DNA of 64,000 nucleotides from Eledone cirrhosa (lineage: Eukaryota). Below the pieces are notes generated by a model. That model ran no database searches. It saw nothing but the letters and a program-made list of their open reading frames with translations, and was not told where the DNA came from. Shown one piece after another: positions 12,723 through 26,522 of this stretch. Every line of letters begins with the position of its first letter. Position 1 is the stretch's first letter. Both the position numbers and the translations under genes were made by a program. The stretch covers positions 269,948,001 to 270,012,000 of the forward strand of contig OZ024740.1 of assembly GCA_964016885.1 (NCBI GenBank), read 5' to 3'.

Positions 12723-13519
12723 TTATATTTTGTATATTTAGCTATATACAGTATGTTTACGAATACACATTTGAAAGCCTTTAGCTATGAATTTTATTAG
12801 CTGATGACGTAGAATCATTATTCGTAAACATAATGTATACCGCCAGGTATACAAAATATATACTTACATCTTGAGTTAAAAATTTAAAGATGGACACTTT
12901 AAATCAATCGGTTTTTATTTTCAAAACTAGGAGAGTTGTAAGGCGGTTTGTTATCAAAAGAATTTTAATGTCATTTGTTACTTTTATATAATCTTTATTC
13001 CAGTATCCTAACATTGTATTCAATTGTTCGTGCTTCGGTTCTCGTTAATTTCAAAAATAGTTCAGTATTTTCTGAAATAATCGTAACTGTATTTATCAGG
13101 AGATACTAATTTGTAAATCTTGCTTGATTCTGTATGGTATATCCAAACGACTACTCCATTGTGTGTAAATATTACGTCAATCTTTACCCTTACTACATCT
13201 GTTTAGTTTGACGTATATCTAATTTAAATGTATCTTGTAAATATCAGTAAATATCAGCCGCTTTCGTTCATAACGTTAAAGGATTACGACCCTCTTTTCC
13301 GGATCACTGAAAAATAATCTGTGTCCTCAAAAGACACGGTTCATCGTTATCGATGTTTTTGTTGTTTTAATTAGCATTATCTAACGTAATACAGAAAAAA
13401 TATCTATACGAATATATATATAATATGTTTATTCATAATACAAATTTCGCATCCTTGTCAGTATTTTAAGGTCTGATCATATTACAGTAACCTCAGCTTC
13501 AGAATAAGAGGGATGGACA

Positions 13520-14560
13520 CATATTTCACAGTTGCTTTGTTCTTTTCTGTAATGCTCCAGATTTGGACACTGGTGTCAGATTTGAGTTCCGTTCAGCGAG
13601 AGGGCTATTCAACCATCAGCACTCACATAAACAACTTACTGTTTGCTAATGATGCTGCACTTGTTGCAACATCCCTCAAAGAGGCACATGAATTGAGGAA
13701 CCGCTTTTCGCTTGCCTGTTAGACTTTTGGCCTAACAATGAGCATCAGAAGACTGAGATGATACATCAACCATACCCCAGGCACGCAGGGGGCGTTAGAC
13801 AGAAATATTGACCTCCTTTACTTACCTTGACAGCAAGGTGAACTACTCTGTATCCATGGATGATGAGAGTGTTAATCGCATCTCCAAGGCAACTGATGCT
13901 TTTGGCAAACTACATCACCACCTATAGAGTGTCAGAGATATATACTTGGAAACAAAAGTTGCAGTTTATCGTGCAGTGATACTGACAACACTCTTATATG
14001 GCTCAGAGTCGTGGACACTTTACCGCACTCATATACATAAGCTTGATATCTTCCACAATCGTTGTCTTCGCTCTGTCTGTGGATATGCGCTTTCTGACTG
14101 AGTCTCCAATGCTGAATGTTCAGAAGGTGCAACATTGGTGGCATTGAGTCATTTCTGATGCAATCCCAACTCAGATGGCCTGGTTAGGTCGTACGGCTGC
14201 CTGAGAACCGAACACCTAAGGTACTGTTGTACAGTCAGCTCCGGGATGGTGTACATAGTGTGGGCAGGCCACTGCTCCGATATAAGGACAAAATGAAGTA
14301 CAATCTTAAGTCTGTCAACGTACCACTTTCTTCCTTTGAAGCCATGACAGCCAATTGTAAGAGATGGAGAACCGTCTGCGACGAAGGTATAAAGAACTTT
14401 GTGAAATCTTGTTTAGCCCACCTCTGTGAGATAAGATCTGATACTAGAGTCCGGTCTGGCCTTCCAGCATGCTCTGCTCAACATCCTGTCACCTGCAACA
14501 AATGCGATTGATGTGTAAATCAGCAGCTAGATTGAGCGCCATTTGAGGCATAATTATAAA
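13520..14560 (+). mobile_element. RTE-clade LINE fragment (RT C-terminal half), degraded
   Basis: LLFANDAALVA, FGLTMSI, YRAVILTTLLYGSESWT, QLRW.G.VVRLPENRTPK, GRPLLRYKDKMK, terminal CxxC. Confidence 0.85.
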
Positions 14561-14792
14561 ACAATGAAGTGAATGGAATGTTGAACCCACATGCGTCGAA
14601 TCGACGAGAGAGTCCATCATGTATATATATATATTCATTTCTCTGTGTTTGTGTGTGTGTGTGTGTGTGCGAGAGCGCGCGCCCGTATGTGTATGTATGT
14701 GTGTGTGTATGTGTGTGTGTGTGTGTGCGTGTGTGTATGTGTGCGTGTGTGTGGGGGGGTGTATGTGTGCGTGTGTGTATGTATGTATGTGT

Positions 14793-14883
<91 letters not shown>

Positions 14884-15270
14884 TGTGTGTGTGTGTCTGT
14901 ACGTATGCATAATAACATTCATGTATCAGCTGTGCTAGAGTAAGAAATAAAATTCTAAGTTTATTTTTAGTTGTCGGCACGGTCATCCATAACTCGCTCG
15001 GTATGCAAATGAGGCTACTCAGCCGATGTGTACTTAAGAAAATACTATATATTTTCAACCATTCAACAGACTGGCTGAGGTATACAGTCCAGATGAAGGG
15101 TAATGAGCCGAAAGCATGTTGATTGTTCCTCAATGCCAGTGTCAAAAAATATATATGTGTGTGTGTTTGTGGGTTTGTGTGTGTATGTGTGTAAGTATAC
15201 ATAATTATATATATATATATATAGAGAGAGAGACTTTTAATGTTTTACCTATATCAGCGATCCGGCTGAG

Positions 15271-15318
<48 letters not shown>

Positions 15319-15603
15319 CAAATAACGAAACGAAATTAAATTTCGTTTCGCTTCTAACTCACTTTTGTATGACAGACGCTTAAACAATTAAGTTAAAGTG
15401 TACATCTACATATGTATACGGAAGTATTAGTATGCATATAAATACACACATGTATCCATATGTACATGTACTGAGTTTTTCACTAGACACTTTACAGTGA
15501 GTGTCAGCTAGTCTGTATGTAACCACACAGACGGACCGGGTTTTAGAGTCATACGAGTTTTCAAGGAAACACATTTCCTCTATTCTCCAGAGGGCCAGAC
15601 AGG

Positions 15604-15648
15604 AATATTGGACTAGTTTCGATGTTATTACATCTCATCAGCAATATT
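15604..15648 (-). ncRNA. Minimal type I hammerhead ribozyme
   Basis: aatattg CTGATGA gatgt-aata-acatc GAAA C-TA-G TC caatatt. Confidence 0.88.
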
Positions 15649-16072
15649 TACCCATCTTCCGGCTTCTCTGGAGAATTGTAAAAGCACATATCGTTATATG
15701 CTTTTTCTATGAAAATTAGTAGTGGGTAGACTAATTTGCATAGAACGTGAGTCATTGTACGCACCGGTTCAGCGGAAACGATAAAAACAAATAACGAAAC
15801 GAAATTAAATTTCGTTTCGCTTCTAACTCACTTTTGTATGACAGACGCTTAAACAATTAAGTTAGAGTATACATCTACATATGTATACGGAAGTATTAGT
15901 ATGCATATAAATACACACATGTATCCATATGTACATGTACTGAGTTTTTCACTAGACACTTTACAGTGAGTGTCAGTTAGTCTGTATGTAACCACACAGA
16001 CGGACCGGGTTTTAGAGTCATACGAGTTTTCAAGGAAACACATTTCCTCTATTCTCCAGAGGGCCAGACAGG

Positions 16073-16117
16073 AATATTGGACTAGTTTCGATGTTATTAC
16101 ATCTCATCAGCAATATT
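16073..16117 (-). ncRNA. Minimal type I hammerhead ribozyme (second tandem copy)
   Basis: Identical to 15604-15648, 469 bp away. Confidence 0.88.
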
Positions 16118-16568
16118 TACCCATCTTCCGGCTTCTCTGGAGAATTGTAAAAGCACATATCGTTATATGCTTTTTCTATGAAAATTAGTAGTGGGTAGAC
16201 TAATTTGCATAGAACGTGAGTCATTGTACGCACCGGTTCAGCGGAAACGATAAAAACAAATAACGAAACGAAATTAAATTTCGTTTCGCTTCTAACTCAC
16301 TTTTGTATGACAGACGCTTAAACAATTAAGTTAAAGTGTACATCTACATATGTATACGGAAGTATTAGTATGCATATAAATACACACATGTATCCATATG
16401 TACATGTACTGAGTTTTTCACTAGACACTTTACAGTGAGTGTCAGCTAGTCTGTATGTAACCACACAGACGGACTATGCAAATTAGTCTACCCACTACTA
16501 ATTTTCATAGAAAAAGCATATAACGATATGTGCTTTTACAATTCTCCAGAGAAGCCGGAAGATGGGTA

Positions 16569-16613
16569 AATATTGCTGATGAGATGTAATAACATCGAAA
16601 CTAGTCCAATATT
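16569..16613 (+). ncRNA. Minimal type I hammerhead ribozyme (inverted copy)
   Basis: 7-bp stem I, CUGAUGA at 16576-16582, 5-bp stem II, GAAA, palindromic ACTAGT stem III, predicted GUC cleavage after 16606. Confidence 0.88.
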
Positions 16614-16832
16614 CCTGTCTGGCCCTCTGGAGAATAGAGGAAATGTGTTTCCTTGAAAACTCGTATGACTCTAAAACCCGGTCCGTCTGTGTGGTTACAT
16701 ACAGACTAGCTGACACTCACTGTAAAGTGTCTAGTGAAAAACTCAGTACATGTACATATGGATACATGTGTGTATTTATATGCATACTAATACTTCCGTA
16801 TACATATGTAGATGTACACTTTAACTTAATTA

Positions 16833-17359
<527 letters not shown>

Positions 17360-17407
17360 TTTAAGGATAGGTGGCCATAATCAATTGATTCAGGTTTACT
17401 TAAAACT

Positions 17408-17465
17408 CCGTTGTACATATTCCACTGAATACTATTAGTAATGATAATCTGAGCTCTTCAGACGG
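17408..17465 (-). ncRNA. Degenerate hammerhead-like motif in an orphan Penelope-type terminus
   Basis: ccgt CTGAAGA gct...agt GGAA T-ATGT-A CA acgg (two core mismatches). Confidence 0.45.
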
Positions 17466-18824
17466 GAAAACCTATAAAAATTTAAAAATATTGAAACGTT
17501 TAAATGTGAGAACAAAAAAATAACTTCCTCAAAAAGGAATTTTTCTTGATACGCGAGGCCGGCCGAACACATGGTGTTGTTTCTTCGATGGCCGGTTTTT
17601 GTATATACATATATAGTGCGCTCTACAGAATATCTTAGTTACACACAAACGGCGGACAACAGAGGCCACGAACCGTTCCTCTCCGACAGATAACTTTTCC
17701 GCCTCGGACACCCCCCCCTCCCCCCAGTTGATGGATACGAAATATAGGGACAATTAAATCTCTCCTAAGGTAACTCTATCTCGTGTTATTATTTTTTTTA
17801 TTTTTTACGCTCTTTCCTATGTTCCTCTACACACTATACATCTCATTCTACATTTCCTCTTACATCTCTCTCTTCACCACGGGATTCTGTTACCCGGAGA
17901 TTTACCCATCTGCATTGTTGAGGCTTCCAAAACGACCAATTTTTTCTATCATTCCACAATGCTTCAAGCCAACTTCAATACTCTCTTATATATGTGTATA
18001 TGTATATATATATTTATATATATGTGTGTGTGGTTAGGTGGAGTATGTGTCTCAACGTAAATTACTGTCACTAAATTTCTGCGGTTAATCGAACCCCTAT
18101 TACGTATATAACACGGTAGCTCATTAGTGATAGTGCTAAGAGATCCCTGGTCACAGTTACCATCATTTTCGAAGAATTTAAAACTGAACAGTAGCTAGAA
18201 AACACTCAGTTTTCTTAAAAAAACGATAGTCACATGAAAAGTTCATAGGCTAACTATGAAGAAATGATAATGAAGCTAGATCTGTGAAATATCGCATCCA
18301 TTAATTTCAACTCTTCTGGTTGTTTCTTTCTGCATTGTTTCTTTCCAGAGACAATGCTGAAAAATAAACATCATATCGTCATTCCATGTGACTATCTCGC
18401 TCAGCCTATGAAGATTTCAGCCAATAAACGTTTCAGTTGACCCTCGTATATTGAGAAAAGTAAAAAAATGAAATGCAATCGGCGCAATTTAAATTATTAA
18501 AGCAATTGTTGTTTAGAATGAATATTTAGTATGAGTTCAAATCTTTCCTTCGTTCTACGGAGCAGTAGTGATGCTTTCGCCATGAATACCAATTGACAGA
18601 TAGTATCAATATTGTATTTTCCTTGAATCAATATTATAACTGTCTTCTTTTATTTCTTTTTAAGTTAAATTTCAAAAGATTGAGTGAAGTAAATACGGTA
18701 AAACTTTGATGTTTGTTATTTAAGATAATGTTAATTAACGCATTGAAGAGGAAGATTGCTGCACTGAATAAATTGAAAAGAGAGGAGAAACACAATTCCT
18801 TGTGCTATATTATTTTCTTTTAAT

Positions 18825-19087
18825 CACGTAACTCCTGGTTCGTCGTATTGACACAGGGCATTTTAAAATCTGGCGGAGCCCATCTCTTTTCCAGGTCTTC
18901 CGGGGAAGGATAAAGAGAGAGAGAATGGAAATGAGAAAGAGATATACAGAAAGAATATGCCCCCAGTACTAGACTGTTGCTGTTTATCGACCTTGAATTG
19001 ATGAAAGGTACAGTTGAGCCGAGAGCCGAACGAATACCGCAAATCAATCTATTCGACGTTCTAAAGACCTTGTCAATTCGCCGCCTT
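18825..19087 (-). mobile_element. Old, long SINE variant with an extended 3' tail
   Basis: Shares a degraded SINE core and the gagatgggctc...caggagttacg tail with 22665-22980 and 42705-42960. Confidence 0.6.
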
Positions 19088-19090
19088 TTT

Positions 19091-19546
19091 TGCCTTTCAT
19101 CCTTACGGGGTCGATAAAATAAAGTACCAGTAATGCACTGGTTAATTGCTGGCCTTGTGCCTAAAGTAGAAACAATTAATTATAAAACGCAGTGGATTGG
19201 CAGTAGTCACGCTTTGCAGCATAGAGTTACGGCCCTTTATGATCTGAGTTCAAATCCCGCCGGGGTTAACTTTGCCTTTCATCCTTACGGGGTCGATAAA
19301 ATAAGGTACCAGTAATGCACTGGGTAATTGCTGGCCTTGTGCCTAAAGTAGAAACAATTAATTATAAAACGCAGTGCATTGGCAGTAGTCACGCTTTGCA
19401 GCATGGAGTTACGGCCCTTTATGATCCGAGTTCAAATCCCGCCGAGGTTAACTTTGCCTTTCATCCTTACGGGGTCGATAAAATAAGGTACCAGTAATGT
19501 ACTGGATAATTGCTGCCCTTGTGCCAAAAGTAGAAACAATTATTTA
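19091..19546 (+). mobile_element. Tandem SINE array, 182-bp period (about 2.5 units)
   Basis: Repeat period visible at 19133, 19315 and 19497. Confidence 0.9.
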
Positions 19547-19587
19547 TAAAACGTACTCTTATATAACAATGAGTTATCACATTATAA

Positions 19588-19776
19588 ATAATTGTCTCTA
19601 CTTTAGGCACAAGGCCAGCAATTTACAGTGCATTACTGGTACTTTATTTTATCGACCCCGAAAGGATGAAATGCAAAGTCAACCTCGGCGGGATTTGAAC
19701 TCAGATCGTAAAGGGACGTAACTATGCTGGAAAGCATGGCGTCCGACCCTCTACTGATACTGCCAACCCACCGCCC
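19588..19776 (-). mobile_element. tRNA-SINE, tail-to-tail with the preceding array
   Basis: Reverse complement of the SINE consensus. Confidence 0.88.
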
Positions 19777-20754
19777 TATCACATTATAAATAATAGTCGA
19801 CTGACTCCTAGTTCAAATGCTTCGGAGAATCGGTGACGTTTTTTCCATGATTTCTCTTTGTTAGTTAAAACAAAGGAACAAATTATTGACGTAAATGTGT
19901 TTGTTAAATGAAATATATACAAATATTGTGAGATATTTTTTTCGAATATTACTATATAATAACAAGAGATCAACACATAACATAAATTTACGAAATTAAT
20001 GCAAAACTGAAAAAAAAGGAAAATATATAAAAATATATATGATATTTAGTTTATTTAAGATGTAGTATTAATGTGTTGATGTGTTATATCTGAGAGATAT
20101 AATATGATGGAAGACTTTAAAAACGTATCCTTAAATCACTTGAGAATCAAATTAAATCAGAAATTACTGAAGCGAATAAATATGATGGGAGTTGAAGGGA
20201 GAAAAATTGAAATCATCCATGAAATAAATTAGTTGTAAAACTAAAGCAAAATACGAAATTAAAATTTAAATTTAAAATAAATTTTAAAATAATCAGATAA
20301 GAATTTTTGATATTCCCATGAAAGTAAACGTCTAGTGTTTTGATTAAGAAAATCTGAACGCAACGAACTTACAGATAGGAGAATGAAACTATAAAATATT
20401 AATAACACACGCCTGTCGCCTTTACACAAACAAGTATGGGTGAAGAAAAGAATACAAATACAAATACACAAACTCGCACAGATGTACAGATACAAACATT
20501 TATAAACATCACATTCACCTTCACGTTCATACTAGGCACATGAATACCCATACCTACAGGTGCATATAAGTTCACATGAATGTTTGTGTATGTATGTATG
20601 TATGTATGTATGTATGTATGTATGTATGTATGTATGTATGTATGTACGTATGTATGTGTATTTATGTATGTAAATTTGTATGTATATGGCATAAGATTCA
20701 CCCATCAGGGTAGACATGGAACTACACACATGTACACATACATTACTATCTATA

Positions 20755-22071
20755 AACTATCCTTGAAAGGTCGAGCGGAGGTGGCGAACACTTTTATAGC
20801 GTCCGTCATCTACTACCGCTTGACCGTCGTGCCTTCTCCAGCCAAAACGCTTACCGAAATGGAGCGCGCGCTCTTCCTTTGGAAGAAGCGGGCTCCTTTG
20901 GTGAGAAGATCCATCTACTGCCAACACCCTTCCAATGGAGGGCTGGGAATGCCGTGGCTGACAATGCGCAAACACGCGCTCAGGCTGCGGCATCTCTACG
21001 TATTCCTCACCGGACAACCGGTGTGGGCCCCGTTCGTTAGGCGCGCCTTCCCACGACTCGTCTCGCTGACCGAGCTGCAGTCCTGGGTCAAGCAAAGATC
21101 GAGGAAAATGGCTGACTGGTACATCGAATGTGCTCAGGCGCTCGCAGCCCTATGGCAGGTGGACCCGGTGATCAGTGGATACTCCACTTCGTCATTCTAT
21201 AGAGGGTTGATCCGCAGCATGTGCGACGACGCACTCGGAGAAACTCTAGGCGTAGAGGAAGACGAACTGGCCAGTCTGTTCGGTAGGAGCTTCCGCCCGG
21301 GACCGATGGACAACTTCCAAAAGTCCCTAGCCTGGCAGTGCTACCGAAGAACTCTACCAGTTCGAGACAAGCTCTACATACATGGGCACCCGGGCAGGGA
21401 CCCTTCGAAAAAGATCTGTCCGAGATGCGTGCGAGACGAAGAAACCGTCGCGCACGCATTCATACACTGCCTGGGCATTACCGATCTGTGCGGCTATGTA
21501 GAACGACTATTGGCGCGGGTGGGACCAATCCGGTTGACCACCGAGTCCATTGTCATGATCAAACCGCCACCTCCTTCAAAATCGAAGGAGAGGCGGTTTT
21601 CCTTTGTGTGATAGCTATGGCGAAAGAGGTTGTATGGTGGACAAGGTTGAAATGGCTGAGGTCAGACACCTTTCTCTCCGGCCAACAACTGATTCTTTTT
21701 CTCAAATACCACTTTGGAAGAAGAATCAGGATGGAGAGAGACGTGCTGTACCCCAGCAAGTTTTATGAAAGGTGGGTGAAAGTGGCGAGAATGGCCCGAG
21801 TGAATGGGCCTTCTCTCTATATCAGCCAGTAGGTTGAGGAAAAGCAGGAGGAGAGGAAAGGAGTACAAACTCTTCGTACTCCTGGAGTTGAGGGTTGCAC
21901 ATTTTTTCGGGGGTATGTGTTACCCATATAAACTGTCTCCCCCTATTGGGGAAAATCGACAAATTTTTTAAATTGCATATGTGATAACATTTTACACGTT
22001 TTTATTGTATGTAAACTTCCCCCTTTGTATTTGTCCCCTTCTTTTGTGCCCCTGTGGCTAATAAAGAAACA

Positions 22072-22113
<42 letters not shown>

Positions 22114-22144
22114 ACTATCTATCTATCTATCTATCTATCTATCT
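20755..22144 (+). mobile_element. 5'-truncated Tx1/L1-clade LINE, second subfamily, (ATCT)n tail
   Basis: KLSLKGRAEVAN..CQHP..GGLGMP..CPRCVRDEETVAHAFIHC; homologous to but diverged from 9750-10797; AATAAA then (ATCT)n at 22074-22144. Confidence 0.9.
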
Positions 22145-22664
22145 CAAATAGTGACTTACAGGTTCGTATCACCAGCTATATGATCTTGTTTTCTATGTGG
22201 AGACCACGATTCAGACGCTGATATTTAGAGCTATATCGTATGATGCGCAGCGTGAAAGAATAAACAACGAGGAACACTTTTCACATCTTAGTTTGCGCTT
22301 CTTTCTCTCACATGACAAAACTGGATACCCAATCCTTGAAACACATTTATATTTGAAACAAAACAGGTAATAACTACCGTATCTGTGCCCACTGTTATGT
22401 GAGTGGAAGTGGCTTCCCACAGGGGAGAGCTCTGTGAGGTATGGTGGTTGTTCCAGCGTGTCTCCCTTGACATGTACCAGGGCAATGCCATCGCCATCCT
22501 GTTGGCCGGAACCACGAGGCGGAAGACGTATTTCTGTGGGAGTTGGGTAGCAGTCACCAGACGAAAGGGTTAATAATACTCACACAAATAGAACGGGCAT
22601 AACTGAAAATAATAATGGAATAGTTAAATTGAAGAATCTAAAATGCTTTAGTAACGCCACAATT

Positions 22665-22980
22665 TAGGCGATGAATTGACAGAGTCGTTAGAACGTCGGA
22701 TAGAATGCTTTGTGTTATTGGTTTTGGCTCTCTGTTCTCTGAGTTCAAATCCCACTAATGTCATCTTTGATTTTCATCTATTCGAAGTCGATAAATTAGT
22801 AGCATTCTAGGTCTGGGGCCGGTTCTTTCTCTCTATCCCTTTCCCACTTACATTCTCTCATTTTCTATGTTTCTCTGCAAGACCTCTGCTGTATTTAGAC
22901 CTGGAGAGTAGATGGGCTCTACCAGGTTTAAATATTTCATAGAAATACGCACCTCTACGACGCCCTCAGGAGTTACGAAA
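22665..22980 (+). mobile_element. Old, long SINE variant
   Basis: tRNA head with gagttcaaatccc, degraded core, tail agatgggctc...caggagttacg. Confidence 0.65.
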
Positions 22981-25900
22981 CCATGCATTCAGCTACACCA
23001 TATTAACATCTCACTGCCTTAGATTCCCTCGGTTCAGAGCATTGAACATTTTCATCCGACTCATTAATTACAACAACCAATATCCATAAAGCTGAACCCT
23101 TTATTATAAACATACAAGCTTTCAAGAATTCTTAAATATTTCTTTCTTTTTCTTCTTCCTAAAATGACAGATTATTTTGGAAATAAAGAAATACATGATT
23201 GATATAGACTATATATCAAATACATTGAATTCGAAACAGCCCATTAATATTTTTTCATCTCTTGCAATCCGTTTTTTTTTTGTCTTTCCCTAAAAACTAA
23301 TCTGCTTCATCAATTTTTGATTCACCCTGGCATTCTTTGTATGATCTCAAGTTATTGCAGTTCATGTTTTTAATTTTAAGAAAAAAATGTTCACTACTAT
23401 ATAAATTCTTCGATCGAGAGAAATTTTGTGTAATTTTATCTGAGTGCTATTCTTAACTTTTCAACATTTCAGAATTATCTCAATATGTTTAAAGGAAATC
23501 GAACGGCTATCTTTCTTTACTAGTAAATAACCCTACACATTGTTTCAAGTAAGTTTTCATTTGATTCTATTAATGTATAAAATAAACTTCTTTCAGTGGG
23601 GAAATAAAAAGGAAAAGTAGTGAAACAATCTTACAAACAAACAGGAAATGGAGGGAATTGTGTAAAATATATATATTTTTTTTTATTTTAGATGTCGTAG
23701 ATTCAAAGTAAAACAAATTACCTTTTGTGTATTTTTTATATTTTTGTACAGGTTCGATTGTTGGATTTTAAAATAAACTTCCTAAACTACACTGCATTAC
23801 GTGATGTCAAGTGCTGCGTGGTACATATATGCGTATGTCTATTTTGTAGGAGGTGGTGATTTAGGAAATGACGCCATGTTTATAGCGTAAAGATATATGT
23901 GGATGTAATAATTTATGAAAAAGTCTATTGTGAATCATAAATTTTAAATTTTATATTTTCCATATGTATTGTTTGACAGGCTTATATTTATGGCAGACAA
24001 TGTATTACGTGACAGTTATATACGGTGTCGGTATATATAATAAGCTGCGTCAATGACGCCAAATAATTGTATTTGTATTCAACAATAGATTGCTTGTTCA
24101 GTAGGTATAATTATTGTAATAGATCATTTACTTGTTTATTATTTAATATGTATTATATTGTTTAGAGACAAATATTTACATAGAGTTTATAAAGCCTTGA
24201 GGACAAATTTACATTAAAATCATTGCATTGTCTATATTAGTAAAAAGTCTATTAACCTACTTGAGTCCAGCTTTCACAATCTGTCTTTCATCAAAGGGAA
24301 GGAGTAAAATCTTTCGCCATACAAGACTGCATACGAATCAATAGAAACAAGCTTTTTTACAAACGCTCAACTGATTTTATGAACGCTTGCTGTTGCTTGG
24401 TCTGCAATCTAAGATACATGCAGAGTTTATAAGAGCAGAGAGTATATCATACAAATGCAAAGGTTAGTTATAAAACTGTTCTCATTCTCTCTTTTTTCTC
24501 TATCTCTCACTGTCTTTCATTCATTCTCTCTTTTTCTTTCCCCCACTATTTCTCTCCCTATCTCAGTTTTGCTTTTCATATTAGCTGATGTGATGTACTG
24601 CTTTACAGCACGCTTTCAATATTTGTTATATTGCATTCTAGTATGATTGAATACATGATGTACTTCAAAGCTCGGTCGACAGAATAGTATAACTCCTAAC
24701 AACGCATGTTTGGTTTTGCTTAAAAGTCTCGTGGTGGCATCAGTCATTTTATTGTTTGACAGCATAAATCTTGATTGCTTTTCAATACAATGTTTATAGC
24801 CAAGCTAATACTGAAAAATCAAGAATAAAAATTTAGAAGGGCATTAATACATGGTACAGCATTCATTGATCTATAACATAGCTTATTATATAGACGTACT
24901 ATAAATGTTTTCTTTATTAACATATTATCTGAAATCTGATAATCTTTCAAAATCAGATATATGTTTAGCATTGTAACTGCTTTGATGCACGTATTAAACT
25001 AAATGAAAAATTACATAGTTAAGAGTAAGGGACAGAATTGTAACACTAATACTTTTGGTTAATGGTTGATATACACTCCATCGGATCAATGTGTCATTTT
25101 TAATAGCCCATTATCATAGTGGCATCGAATCTGTTAGTTCGAAAACATAGAGAGAGTATCTTCCTATACTATCTATCTTCGTTAGTGTTACTATTCTAGT
25201 CGTGCTTTGCATTACATATTTTTGTATCTCGGTATCGTACGTTCTCGTTAATGTGGTTACATAGAGGAACAATCCTCACACATACACATAGATGTAAATA
25301 AAATATCGAATTCATAGTCAAGCGTTATATAGATTAAATTTAACTAAACTACTTCTATTGATCCTGCTCAGCAATAAATGCCACCATATACACGCAGCTT
25401 ATAAAATAGGGCGAAGACACTTTAAAGATGGAAAAAGAAGTTGCCATTAGCGGCTGTGAGAAACTGAACCTCTTATCTCGTAGATAATGGCAAGGTCCTT
25501 TAGACCATATCATCTCCGCACATGACAACACTATTCTTGCTATCAACTTTTTTTTCTCAACGCTTTGTCATATTCCAAGAGATGTGCTACGTATAAAAGA
25601 TATTTGTTTACTACGATGTTTTCACCATACAGAGAGATGGGAGGGCGAGGGAGATGGAGGCGATGACAGGCGATGACGCGTTCGGACCATATCCTTGTGG
25701 TTGTGTTAATTATCTATAGAGTTCATTCTATTATTCAGTTGTTTTCTAAAGAAGTGGGTGATGATATCTCAAGTATAGTTGATTGTCATTTTTTTTATCT
25801 GAAAGCTGTTAGCCAGCTGTTTAATTTAAGACCGTAAGAGTTGATACGGCCAGCTTTAATTGTCTAAAGCGCCTAGCCGGTCTCTGGGAGAAATGGGGTT

Positions 25901-26048
25901 CGATTCCATATCACGGCCGATTACAACTTTTCCCTCTTTAAAGGGTCTTCTCCCTATTTTATAGCCTGTCCGCGCATGAACACATGACAATTTATGTGTG
26001 TTGTGTGTGTGTGTGTGGGGGGGGGTGAGTGCTATGTGTGTGTGTGTG

Positions 26049-26090
<42 letters not shown>

Positions 26091-26344
26091 TGTGTGCGTG
26101 TGTGTGCGGGGGTGTGTGTGTGGATTTTATAGCGCTCATTATAAACAGTGAAATGAGCAGTGTAATGTGCGAAGCATGCCTTCGTTCAGCACCTTAATTA
26201 ATTGCATGATAAATATCTATCTACAACATAGCGTATATTAAAATAGCTAGAATAAATTAAATTCAAATATAGATATATTTTTCGATTATATATCATGTTG
26301 TTTACATATGAAGATGTGTAAACACATTTTTTTTATTCTTTCCG

Positions 26345-26522
26345 TACACTCGGTAGAGAGTCAGACACCATGCTTTGCAGCATAGAGTTATGGCTTTTTA
26401 CGTTCGGAGTTCAAATCCCGCCGTGTTAACTTTGCCCTTTATCCTTACGTGGTCGATGAAATAAAACACCAGTAATACACTGAATAATTGCTGGCCTTGT
26501 GCCAAAAGCAGAAACAATTATT
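26345..26522 (+). mobile_element. tRNA-SINE
   Basis: Matches the SINE consensus. Confidence 0.85.

Larger units (their letters stand above)
15312..16831. mobile_element. 469-bp tandem repeat (about 2.5 units) plus an inverted partial unit; hammerhead-containing, retrozyme or Penelope pLTR-like
   Basis: Units start at 15312, 15781 and 16250 and are nearly identical; orientation flips at about 16474; (TA)n on both flanks; no coding capacity. Confidence 0.85.

Noticed and set aside
12800-12830. CTGATGA followed by cgtaaac as a hammerhead
   Set aside because: No GAAA and no credible stems I or III
19133-19721. Tandem 60-aa ORFs MHW.IAGLVPKVET
   Set aside because: Read-through of tandem SINE units
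22555-22575. ttaaccctt piggyBac-like end on the minus strand
   Set aside because: No matching second end or transposase found
25855-25920. tRNA gene (ggttcgattcc B box)
   Set aside because: Cloverleaf incomplete; most likely a decayed SINE head. The same applies to the other SINE heads
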